DNA from: Deltaproteobacteria bacterium
GTDB lineage: Bacteria; Myxococcota; Kuafuiibacteriia; Kuafuiibacteriales; Kuafuiibacteriaceae
Direction of reading: 5' to 3'
DNA: 64,000 nt
Assembly: GCA_040218735.1 (NCBI GenBank)
Contig: JAVJQW010000033.1
Span: forward strand, 160,001 to 224,000
Shown here: positions 37,392-45,482 of the stretch, in pieces
Numbering within the stretch: the first letter of the stretch is position 1
Layout of the letters: every line of letters begins with the position of its first letter
Made by a program: the position numbers and the translations under genes
The notes under the pieces: model-generated
The model's database searches: none
Told to the model about the DNA's origin: nothing
Seen by the model: the letters and a program-made list of their open reading frames with translations, nothing else

Positions 37392-39344
37392 ATGACGACG
37401 CCGGCTTTGCGAGACTGTCGCGATGATAGCGCTGGGTGTGATTTCGAGACAGCCCCCAAGGCCGACCTCGATCGCCTGCTCACCGGGCGCGCCGTCGACC
37501 GTGTCCTCGAGCGCCGCCGCCGCCTCGGGGATTCCTCCGTCGTCCCCGTCCTCACCGTGCGCTACGAGCCCCCGCTGTCCGAAGCGGACTGCGCCCGCCT
37601 CGAAGCCGAGCACAACGCCGCCACCAAGGCCTCGTGGGTGGGCTCGGTGCGCATCGAATCGGCGCGGGTTCGCATGGAGACCATCGAGCTGACACTCGCG
37701 CCGCTCACCGCCGAACACGTCCCGCTCGAGACCCTCCGCCGCCACGCCCGGGTTGGTCTCTCCCCCGAGCTCGCGGTGAGCTTCCTGGTCGACGTCGCCA
37801 CCGCGATGTCCGGTGCTGTGCACGGCGGGCTCCACCCGCGACGCGTCGTCGTCCTCGCTGACGGGGAGGTGAAGCTGGTCGGTACGCGTTCGTCCGGGCT
37901 CTCGCGTGTGCTCGCGCCGGCCCTCACGAAGAACGAGGGCGATGTGTGGCGCGCCCCCGAGCAGAAGTGGGGCGCGACGCCCGACGAGCGCAGCGATGTG
38001 TACGCGCTGGGGCTGCTCCTGTTCTGGCTCCTCAGCGACGACCTCGACGTGCCGTCCCTCGTGCGGCGCGCGCGCACCGCGAGCCACGAGACGACGATCC
38101 CGCTGGAGATCGCCGAAGCGATCATGTGCGCGGTCTCGGAGGACCCGGCGCTGCGTTACCCGGAGCCGCTCGCGTTCTGCCAGGCCGTCACGGCGCACGT
38201 CATGCCGACGAGCGACCGCACGATCATCACCAACGCCCTGCGTTACATCATCGACGCCGGACGCGGAGGCCTCGCCGCGATGCTCGGCGCGGTGGAGATC
38301 GAGGCGAAGGACACCGCCGACCCGTTTTCGCCGCTCGCGGACGGCCCCGCGGTCGAAGACTTCGACGCGCTCGAGCCGGAGGAGGCCGCCGAAGTCGTCG
38401 CGCCCCTCGGGCTCGACTCGCGCAGCATCGCCGTGTCCGTCGCGCCCGTCGCAGGCTTCGAGGGCGCGAAGCCCAACGCGACGGAGCGGCTGTCCGTTGC
38501 GCCGCCCGTCGAGCTCGGCGTTCCGCGTGTGATCACCGAGAAGTCGAACGTGGAGATGATCGAGGAGCGCCCCGCGCAAGAGCGCGCGCTCCCGCTCCCG
38601 GTGCGCGACGTCCCGGAGCTGATGCCGCCGTCGCCCGTCGCCGACGCCGCGCCGATCGTCGACGTGAACGACTACTCGATCGCACCGGCGGAGGCCGCGC
38701 CGCGACCCGAGTCCCAGACGCCGAAGCCCCCGTCCGCCGACCTCGACTTCGAAGATGAGCCGTGGAGCCCGACGCACCTCCCCGATGCTTCGGTCCCCGC
38801 GCCGAAGCGTTCGCGCCTGCCGTACGCGATCGGCGGCGCGATGATGGGCGTCGCGGTGGTCGCGAGCCTCGGGTGGGCGTTTGCGCCCAACGCCGAGCGC
38901 GGCGCCGAGGAGATGGAGCGCGTCGCCGCCGCGCCGGTCGCGCCGGTCGAAGCGCCCGTGGCGAGCCCGGCGGAGGACGTCGCGGCGCCGGAGCCCGAGG
39001 CACCGGCCGAGGCCGCCGAAGCCGGCCCGGAGATCGTCGAGGCCGAAGCGACGGTCGTGAACGCGGAGCCGGCGGGCGTTCCGCTGGACCTCATGACGAT
39101 CATGAGTCATCCGTCCGGCGCGACGGTCTCGATCGACGGGCGCATCGTCGGCCGCACGCCCTTCGTCACCAAGCGTGCGCTCGAGCCGCGCGAGTACCGC
39201 GTCGAGGTCCGGCTCCCTGGCCACGAGCGGTGGCAGCGCATGGTCACGCCGAACGCCGACCACGGCACGATCAGCCTGGTCGCGCAGCTCGTCGAGCAGC
39301 CCGAAGTGAAGACGGCGTCGGCGGAGTTTCCGCTCGAGCCCTGA
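37392..39344 (+). CDS. Membrane pseudokinase with C-terminal PEGA domain
   Basis: Kinase C-lobe (RAPEQ, SDVYALG, DP.LRY) with HGG in place of HRD and no DFG; TM helix; SHPSGATVSIDG..GRTP. Confidence 0.8.
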   Translation: MTTPALRDCRDDSAGCDFETAPKADLDRLLTGRAVDRVLERRRRLGDSSVVPVLTVRYEPPLSEADCARLEAEHNAATKASWVGSVRIESARVRMETIELTLAPLTAEHVPLETLRRHARVGLSPELAVSFLVDVATAMSGAVHGGLHPRRVVVLADGEVKLVGTRSSGLSRVLAPALTKNEGDVWRAPEQKWGATPDERSDVYALGLLLFWLLSDDLDVPSLVRRARTASHETTIPLEIAEAIMCAVSEDPALRYPEPLAFCQAVTAHVMPTSDRTIITNALRYIIDAGRGGLAAMLGAVEIEAKDTADPFSPLADGPAVEDFDALEPEEAAEVVAPLGLDSRSIAVSVAPVAGFEGAKPNATERLSVAPPVELGVPRVITEKSNVEMIEERPAQERALPLPVRDVPELMPPSPVADAAPIVDVNDYSIAPAEAAPRPESQTPKPPSADLDFEDEPWSPTHLPDASVPAPKRSRLPYAIGGAMMGVAVVASLGWAFAPNAERGAEEMERVAAAPVAPVEAPVASPAEDVAAPEPEAPAEAAEAGPEIVEAEATVVNAEPAGVPLDLMTIMSHPSGATVSIDGRIVGRTPFVTKRALEPREYRVEVRLPGHERWQRMVTPNADHGTISLVAQLVEQPEVKTASAEFPLEP

Positions 39345-39349
39345 CGGGA

Positions 39350-40270
39350 TCACTCGCCGCGTCGCAGTGACTCGATCAGGGCCCCGAGGTCTTCGGGGAT
39401 GGGGGCTTCGAGGGCGACCTCGGAGCCTTCGATCGGGTGGGTGAAGGCGAGCCGATACGCGTGCAGCGCGGGGCGGCCGATCGCGTGCGCCTGACGGCCG
39501 TAGGTCGTGTCGCCGACGAGCGGGTGCCCGCGGTCCGCGAGGTGTACGCGGATCTGATGCGTGCGTCCGGTGTGGAGCTGGATCTGCACGAGGCTCGCGG
39601 TGTCGAACGATTCGAGGACTTCGTACTCGGTGACCGCGCGTTTGCCGGCGGCGACGCGTGAGCTGAACTTCTGACGCTGCGTCGGGTGGCGCCCGTAGAA
39701 CGTGTCGATCGTGTCCTTGGGCGGGCGCAGCTCTCCGCGCGCCACGGCGAGGTACGTCTTTTCGATCCGCCGCTCCGCGAACGCGGCCGCGAGCAGCTCG
39801 TGGGCGCGTATGTGTTTCGCGACGACGATGACGCCGGTCGTCCCGCGGTCGAGGCGATGGACGATCCCGGGGCGCACGTCACCCTTCGCGCCCTCCAGCG
39901 TTCCGACGTGGTGGAGCACCGCGTTCACGAGGGTGCCGCTCGGGTGTCCGACGGCCGGGTGCACGACGAGGCCGGCGGGTTTGTCGACGGCGAGGTAGTG
40001 CGCATCCTCGAAGAGGATCGACAGTGGGATGTCTTCGGGCTCCAGCTCGATCGGTTCGGGCGGCGGCGGCGTGTAGACGATCTTCTGCCCGGCTTCGAGC
40101 TTCGTCTTCGCGCCGCGGGCGGGGGGCTCACCGTCCACGAGGACGGCGCCTTGTTCGATGTGTTTTTGGAGGGTCGTGCGCGAGCTGCCGGGCACGAGCG
40201 CGGCGAGCGTGCGGTCGAGGCGGTCGCCGGCGTGTTGCGCTTCGACGACGAGCTCGATCGTGTCGCTCAC
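39350..40270 (-). CDS. rluD: RluA-family pseudouridine synthase with S4 domain
   Basis: RLD, DKPAGLVVHP, RPGIVHRLDRGTTG, TGRTHQIRVH, LHA..L.F.HP. Confidence 0.93.
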   Translation of the reverse strand: MSDTIELVVEAQHAGDRLDRTLAALVPGSSRTTLQKHIEQGAVLVDGEPPARGAKTKLEAGQKIVYTPPPPEPIELEPEDIPLSILFEDAHYLAVDKPAGLVVHPAVGHPSGTLVNAVLHHVGTLEGAKGDVRPGIVHRLDRGTTGVIVVAKHIRAHELLAAAFAERRIEKTYLAVARGELRPPKDTIDTFYGRHPTQRQKFSSRVAAGKRAVTEYEVLESFDTASLVQIQLHTGRTHQIRVHLADRGHPLVGDTTYGRQAHAIGRPALHAYRLAFTHPIEGSEVALEAPIPEDLGALIESLRRGE

Positions 40271-40533
40271 CAGATCTTCGACTTGATGTGCCCCTTGCTC
40301 TTCAGGATCACGTCGACCACCGCGCGGTAGTAGAAGTTCGAGGTCTCGAAGAGGTCCGGAGCCACGCGGCTTCGGTAGAGGTTGAGGCCTTCGTCGAGCT
40401 CGTCCGTGAGGACGTCGAAGAGGTTGTCGTCCTTGATCCCTTGGATGATCTTCTCTTCGTTGTAGAGCGAGATGTCACTCGCGATGGCGCGAGCGAGGCG
40501 CATGGCCGCTTCCGGCGTGTCGATCAGGGCCAC
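40267..40533 (-). CDS. Conserved small hypothetical protein
   Basis: AMRLARAIASDISLYNEEKI motif; 4-bp overlap with rluD. Confidence 0.8.
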   Translation of the reverse strand: MALIDTPEAAMRLARAIASDISLYNEEKIIQGIKDDNLFDVLTDELDEGLNLYRSRVAPDLFETSNFYYRAVVDVILKSKGHIKSKIW

Positions 40534-40566
40534 GAATCCCTCGTTTAGGAGCAATCGGACGCAGCG

Positions 40567-40935
40567 TCAAGGCTCCGCCCGGCTCGCCATCCAAGCCTCC
40601 CAGCGGGGCACGTAGGAGGTCGAGACGGCGTCCTCGTCGAGGCCGATCTCCCGGGCGATGCACCGCACGAACCCGCGCACGTACACGCGGGCGTTCGGCA
40701 TGTCCTCGTAGCGTTCGTCCTCGAGCGCCCGCAGGATCTTGCGGCTGATCTTCGTGCGCGCGGAGAGCTCGTCGTGTGACAGCCCCTTCTTCTCGCGCTC
40801 CTTCTTGATCCGCGCGCCGTCGAACGAGCCGCCCGAAGAGGCGGCCTTCTTGGCCTTCGCCTCTTCCTTCGGCGCGTCGTCCTTGGCCTCCGCGTCGTCC
40901 TTCTTCTTCTCGGGCGTCTTCGAGCTCTTCGCCAC
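40567..40935 (-). CDS. XRE/RodZ-type helix-turn-helix protein
   Basis: G..IK..RE.KGLS..ELS..TKI....L.ALE...Y......YVRGFVR. Confidence 0.88.
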   Translation of the reverse strand: MAKSSKTPEKKKDDAEAKDDAPKEEAKAKKAASSGGSFDGARIKKEREKKGLSHDELSARTKISRKILRALEDERYEDMPNARVYVRGFVRCIAREIGLDEDAVSTSYVPRWEAWMASRAEP

Positions 40936-40944
40936 GGGCCGAAG

Positions 40945-41553
40945 CTACTCCTCTTTGAGCTCGGTGTTCCAGTAGCTTGCGTCGATGAAGCTCAAGAAGG
41001 GCCGCCAGTCCTCGTACGGATACGCCCCGTTCTTGCCGCGCTCGAACGGCGACCACCGCGGGCGGGCCGGCTTCTTCAGCAGCCGCATGTTCGCCTCCGC
41101 GGGCGTGCGGCCCCCCTTCTCGAGGTTGCACTTGATACAGCTGCACACGACGTTGTCCCAGGTGGTCCGCCCGCCCTTGCTGCGGGGGATGACGTGGTCG
41201 AGGTTCAGCTCGGAGCGCGGGAGGCGCTTGGCGCAGTACTGACAGGTGAGGCGGTCGCGCAGGTAGATGTTCTGTCGCGAGAAGCGCACGTGCAGCCGCG
41301 GGAGCCGGTCGTAGACCTGCAGCATGATCACGCGCGGGACACGAATCGCCGTCTGCACCGTGCGAACGACGTCCTCGTCGCTGAGCTCCGCCGATAACGC
41401 GGCCCAGGACTCGAAGTCGAACGTCTGGAACTCCTTGTCGATCGCCTTGGCGGTCCCCTGATACAGCAGCGCGAAGGCGCGCCGCACCGTCGTGATGTTG
41501 ATCGGCTGGTAGAGCCGATTCAGCACGAGGACGCTGGAGTCGAGTACGGTCAT
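40945..41553 (-). CDS. HNH endonuclease
   Basis: VLVLNRLYQPI, RD..TCQYC, LDHVIPRSKGG...WDNVV.SC..CN..KG. Confidence 0.93.
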   Translation of the reverse strand: MTVLDSSVLVLNRLYQPINITTVRRAFALLYQGTAKAIDKEFQTFDFESWAALSAELSDEDVVRTVQTAIRVPRVIMLQVYDRLPRLHVRFSRQNIYLRDRLTCQYCAKRLPRSELNLDHVIPRSKGGRTTWDNVVCSCIKCNLEKGGRTPAEANMRLLKKPARPRWSPFERGKNGAYPYEDWRPFLSFIDASYWNTELKEE

Positions 41554-42971
41554 TTCGGTACCTCCAGAAGAACCCCTGAACGTCGGCAGGCATTCTCGAC
41601 GAGCGGGCCGAGCCCGCTCACATCGGATGGATCTACGGTTCGGGCGTCGATTGCGGTGCGATCCTCCACGGTGCGCGTGATGATCGCCGGGGTTTGCCCC
41701 CTCAGCGCCGCCGCGAGCGCGCGGCCCATTTCGCCGGGCTCTCCGATCAACACGAGACGCGAGCGGAGCGTCGCGAGCGGGAGGGTGCCGCCGCCGGGGA
41801 CGGATTCGCCGTCGACGACGTCCACGCGCAGCGCGATGCGCTCCCGGATGCTCGCCGCGATCGCGTCTGCGCGCGTGGCGATCTCCTCGAGCGGCGTGGC
41901 CAGCGCGCGGATCGTCGGGATCTCGCGCGCTCGCCCCGCGCGGTAGAGCGCGAGCGTGGCCTCGAGCGCGGCGATCGTGAGTTTGTCGGCTCGCAGCGCA
42001 CGGGCGAGCGGGTGTTTCTTCACCGCGTCGAGGAGCGTACGGCGGCCCGCGAGCAAGCCAGCTTGCGGCCCGCCGAGGAGTTTGTCGCCGGAGAACGCGA
42101 CGAGGTCTGCGCCCTCCGCGAGGAGGCGCTTCGGACGCGGCTCCACGCCGATCGCCGCGGCGGCCTCGCCGAGCTCCTCGTCCGTCGCGAGGAGCCCCGA
42201 GCCGACGTCGACGAGGAACGGAACGCCGCGGGCCTTCGCGATCTTCGCGAGCTCTGCCGTGGTGGGCTGGTGCGTGAACCCGACGATCGCGAAGTTGGAT
42301 CGATGGACGGAGAGGATCGCAGCGGTCTCGTCCGTGATCGCCGCTTCGTAGTCGGATGCGTACACCTTGTTCGTCGTACCGACTTCGACGAGCTTGGCGC
42401 CCGATGCCTTCATCACGTCGGGGATTCGGAACCCGCCGCCGATCTCGATGAGCTCTCCGCGCGCGACGATCACCTCGCGCCCCTGGCAGAGGCCCGCGAG
42501 CATCACGAGCACGGCGCCCGCGCAGTTGTTGAAGGTCAGCCCGCCGTCCGTGTCGAGCAGCCCCGCGAGGATGCGGTCCACGTGAACGTGTCGGTCGCCA
42601 CGCGTGCCGGGGCCGAGGTCGAGCTCGAGGTTGGTGTAGCCACGGCCGGTCTGGGTGACGGCTTCGAGCGCCGCGTCGGCGAGGGGGGCGCGGCCGAGGT
42701 TGGTGTGCAGGACGCAGCCGGTGCCGTTGATGACGCGGACGAGGGAGCGCCGGCCGAGGTCGGCGAGGGCGGTTTCGACGTCCTGCGGGGACACCTCGGC
42801 GGTCGAGCCCGCGAGGATGCGTTGGCGTGCGCCGTCGATCGCGGCCCGGACGGCGTCCGTGACCAACGTGCGACCGTGCCGCTGGATCAGCGGCTCGATC
42901 TCCGGGGCCGCGAGGAGCGTCGTCACGGCGGGGAGCCGCGCCAGGGCGGCCCGCCCGGCTGGGTCATCCAC
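41550..42971 (-). CDS. selA: L-seryl-tRNA(Sec) selenium transferase
   Basis: INGTG.VLHTNLGRAPL, RGELIEIGGGFRIPDVM, EVGTTN, FSGDKLLGGPQAG, RALRADK. Start at GTG 42971. Confidence 0.95.
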   Translation of the reverse strand: MDDPAGRAALARLPAVTTLLAAPEIEPLIQRHGRTLVTDAVRAAIDGARQRILAGSTAEVSPQDVETALADLGRRSLVRVINGTGCVLHTNLGRAPLADAALEAVTQTGRGYTNLELDLGPGTRGDRHVHVDRILAGLLDTDGGLTFNNCAGAVLVMLAGLCQGREVIVARGELIEIGGGFRIPDVMKASGAKLVEVGTTNKVYASDYEAAITDETAAILSVHRSNFAIVGFTHQPTTAELAKIAKARGVPFLVDVGSGLLATDEELGEAAAAIGVEPRPKRLLAEGADLVAFSGDKLLGGPQAGLLAGRRTLLDAVKKHPLARALRADKLTIAALEATLALYRAGRAREIPTIRALATPLEEIATRADAIAASIRERIALRVDVVDGESVPGGGTLPLATLRSRLVLIGEPGEMGRALAAALRGQTPAIITRTVEDRTAIDARTVDPSDVSGLGPLVENACRRSGVLLEVPK

Positions 42972-43054
42972 GGATCGTGATCCTAGCACAGGCCCGTAGA
43001 GGACGCAGAACCGCCCGAAGTGGCGGTCGGGTGACGGTTTGGCGTTGACTCTCA

Positions 43055-43078
43055 ATTGGTAACCTGAAAGTTACCAAT
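43055..43078. promoter_or_regulatory. Perfect 9-bp inverted repeat operator ATTGGTAAC-N6-GTTACCAAT
   Basis: AT-rich palindrome ending 2 nt before ATG 43081; TTGACT at 43045-43050. Confidence 0.7.
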
Positions 43079-43080
43079 GC

Positions 43081-43533
43081 ATGACGAAGCCCATTCCCGA
43101 CGGATCCCACACCATCACCATGCACCTCATCCTCTCGCCGGCGGCGGAGGCGATCGCCTTCTACGAGAAGGCGTTCGGCGCGGAGCAGCTCGCGAAGATG
43201 CCGACCCCGGACGGCAAGATCATGCACGCGATGCTGAAGATCGGTGATTCGCAGCTGATGCTGAACGACCCGATGATGGGCGGGAAGTCGCCCAAGGAGC
43301 TCGGCGGCACGAACGCCACGGTTCACCTGTACGTCGAGGACGCGGACAAGGTGTACAACCGCGCGGTCGAGGCCGGCGCCACAGTGCTGATGCCGATCGA
43401 GGACGCGTTTTGGGGCGACCGCTACGGGATGGTCGTCGATCCCTTCGGCCAGCAGTGGGCGATCGCGACGCACCAGGAGGACGTGACCCCGGAGGAGATG
43501 GGGGCGCGCGCGGCCAAGCTGTTCGGCGGTTGA
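43081..43533 (+). CDS. VOC/glyoxalase (PhnB-like) protein
   Basis: AIAFYEKAFGA, MHAMLKIGDS, FWGDRYG...DPFGQQW. Confidence 0.93.
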   Translation: MTKPIPDGSHTITMHLILSPAAEAIAFYEKAFGAEQLAKMPTPDGKIMHAMLKIGDSQLMLNDPMMGGKSPKELGGTNATVHLYVEDADKVYNRAVEAGATVLMPIEDAFWGDRYGMVVDPFGQQWAIATHQEDVTPEEMGARAAKLFGG

Positions 43534-43534
43534 G

Positions 43535-44137
43535 CTAGGCGGCGAGCGCCGCGACCCACGCGTCGATCTGGAAGGCGACGAAACGCTCGAACTGCGCCTC
43601 GCCGATCGTGCTCCGCCCCTGCGCGAGCGCGAGCGCCGCGGCGGGGAGGGCCAGGAACGCGGCGGTGGGCACCCGGCGTCGCACGACGCCTTTGCGTCGC
43701 AGTCGCGCGAGGAGCGCGGCGAAGAAGCGGTCGTCGTCGCGGCGCGCGGCCTCCAGCGCCCCCGGGGGGAGGGCGCGGAGGAGCCACGCCATGTCGGTCG
43801 GATCGGCGAGCGCGCGCAGGAGGGGGTGCACGGTGACGGCGTCGAAGAGCGCAGTGAAGAACGCCCGGAGCGTCGCGGCGGGGGGACCGTCGTTTGTGTC
43901 GACGATCCGATCCAGCTCCGCGCGTAGCTCGGTCTCCGCTTCCTGGAGCAGCGCCATCCACAGCGCCTCCTTGCTCTCGAAGAAGGCGTAGAACGCGCCC
44001 TTACTGATCCCCGCACCGCGCGTGAGCGCGTCGATCGACGTCTTGCGGAAGCCGGTCGACGCGAGCCGTTCGCGTCCGACCTCGAGCAGGCGCGCTCGGA
44101 TGCGACGGTCATCGTCCTCGGTGAAGGCTCTCGGCAT
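43535..44137 (-). CDS. TetR/AcrR family regulator
   Basis: GFRKTSIDAL...AGISKGAFYAFFESKEAL. Confidence 0.92.
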   Translation of the reverse strand: MPRAFTEDDDRRIRARLLEVGRERLASTGFRKTSIDALTRGAGISKGAFYAFFESKEALWMALLQEAETELRAELDRIVDTNDGPPAATLRAFFTALFDAVTVHPLLRALADPTDMAWLLRALPPGALEAARRDDDRFFAALLARLRRKGVVRRRVPTAAFLALPAAALALAQGRSTIGEAQFERFVAFQIDAWVAALAA

Positions 44138-45398
44138 CGTGTTCCTCCAACATCTGCGCGAAGGTCGCGCGAAGATCTGCTCGGCCGCCGATTCGTTTCA
44201 GCACCGCCCACAGGCCCCACTGAACGCGCGACAGCCAGATCCACTCGGGTGGAAAGCCCACGTGTCGCGCGTTCTTCGCGGTGGGTTTCGTGAACGCCTG
44301 GCCGCGCGCCCACCACGCGTCCGTGAATGCGAAGCACGGCGTGCGGACGGGTTCGTACTGCCAGGCGTACTGCGCGAAGAGCGCATCGAAGTCGATACGC
44401 TCGGGGCGCGGGGCGAGGCCGAGCTCGATCGCCGCTGTACGAAACGCAGCGCGATCTTCGTCGAGCACCGCGCGTGAAAAACGCGCGAAGCGAACGACGA
44501 AGTCGGGGTCGAAGGCACGCACGCAGCCGAAGTCGAGGAGCGTGACCCGCTCGCCGTAGCGTTGGTTGCCGGGGTGCGGGTCGGCGTGCAGCCAGCCCCG
44601 CGCGAAGAAGGGGGCGAACGCAAAACGCAGCAGCGCGTCCGACGCGCGGTCGCGGGCCTCGGAGGTGGCGACTCTGCAGAAGTCCTCGAAGTCGTCGCCC
44701 TCTGCCCACGCGGTGGTCAGCACCGTGGGGCAGGAGAGCGCGTCGAAGACCCGGGGGACGACGATGCCCTCGGTGTTCGCGAAGAACGCGCCGAACCGAC
44801 GCTGCCATTCGGCCTCGCGCTCGTAGTCGCACTCCTCGGCGACACGCGCGAACAGCTCGGCGACGAGGGCCTTGCCGTCGACCGCGCTGAACTTGCCCGC
44901 GATCGCTGAGAGCCGATCGAGCTGCGCGAAGTCGGCCTCGAGAGTCTCGCGGACATTCGGGTAGAGCACCTTCACGGCGACGGGATCGCAGTCGAGCGTT
45001 CGGCCTCGGTGTACCTGCCCGATGCTCGCGGACGCGATCGGTTCCGGCTCCAGCTCGGCGAAATGCGCATCGACCGACGCCCCGAGCCCCGCTTCGAGCG
45101 CCTCGACGATCACGTCGAAGGGCAGCGGCGTCACGCCGGTGCGGAGCCGCGCGAGCTGGGTCGTGACGGGCTCCGGGAACCCCACGTCCATGTACGACAG
45201 GATCTGCCCGACCTTCATCGCCATGCCCTTGAGCTGATCGAGCTCGGCGAGGAGCACCGCGCCGAGCGCCTCGTCGGCGCGGTCGCGATCGCCGAAGACC
45301 TTCGCGCTGCGCAAACCCACCTGCAGCGCGATGCGTCCCGTCGCCCGAGCGCGGGAGAGGAGCCCGGTCGGGAGGTCCTTGGGGAGTCGGCGGGCCAT
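44109..45398 (-). CDS. ABC1/AarF (UbiB-family) atypical kinase
   Basis: LKGMAMKVGQ, ASASIGQVH, VAVKV.YP, ECDY..EA, HADPHPGN, LLDFGC. Confidence 0.92.
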   Translation of the reverse strand: MARRLPKDLPTGLLSRARATGRIALQVGLRSAKVFGDRDRADEALGAVLLAELDQLKGMAMKVGQILSYMDVGFPEPVTTQLARLRTGVTPLPFDVIVEALEAGLGASVDAHFAELEPEPIASASIGQVHRGRTLDCDPVAVKVLYPNVRETLEADFAQLDRLSAIAGKFSAVDGKALVAELFARVAEECDYEREAEWQRRFGAFFANTEGIVVPRVFDALSCPTVLTTAWAEGDDFEDFCRVATSEARDRASDALLRFAFAPFFARGWLHADPHPGNQRYGERVTLLDFGCVRAFDPDFVVRFARFSRAVLDEDRAAFRTAAIELGLAPRPERIDFDALFAQYAWQYEPVRTPCFAFTDAWWARGQAFTKPTAKNARHVGFPPEWIWLSRVQWGLWAVLKRIGGRADLRATFAQMLEEHDAESLHRGR

Positions 45399-45415
45399 GG
45401 CTTGGTTTTCGACTA

Positions 45416-45439
45416 TGACTCAAACGAACTGTTTGGTCA
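45416..45439. promoter_or_regulatory. Imperfect inverted repeat TGACTCAAAC-N5-GTTTGGTCA, candidate TetR operator
   Basis: Lies 17 nt upstream of the ABC1 ATG, in the divergent promoter region. Confidence 0.5.
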
Positions 45440-45482
45440 CTGCGTTTCGTGCCCGAGGGACTGGCTTTCCGCACCGATCGCG

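Noticed and set aside
40945-41553. HNH gene as a homing endonuclease or IscB-like element
   Set aside because: No RuvC motifs, terminal repeats or room for an ncRNA; it is tightly embedded in a housekeeping operon.
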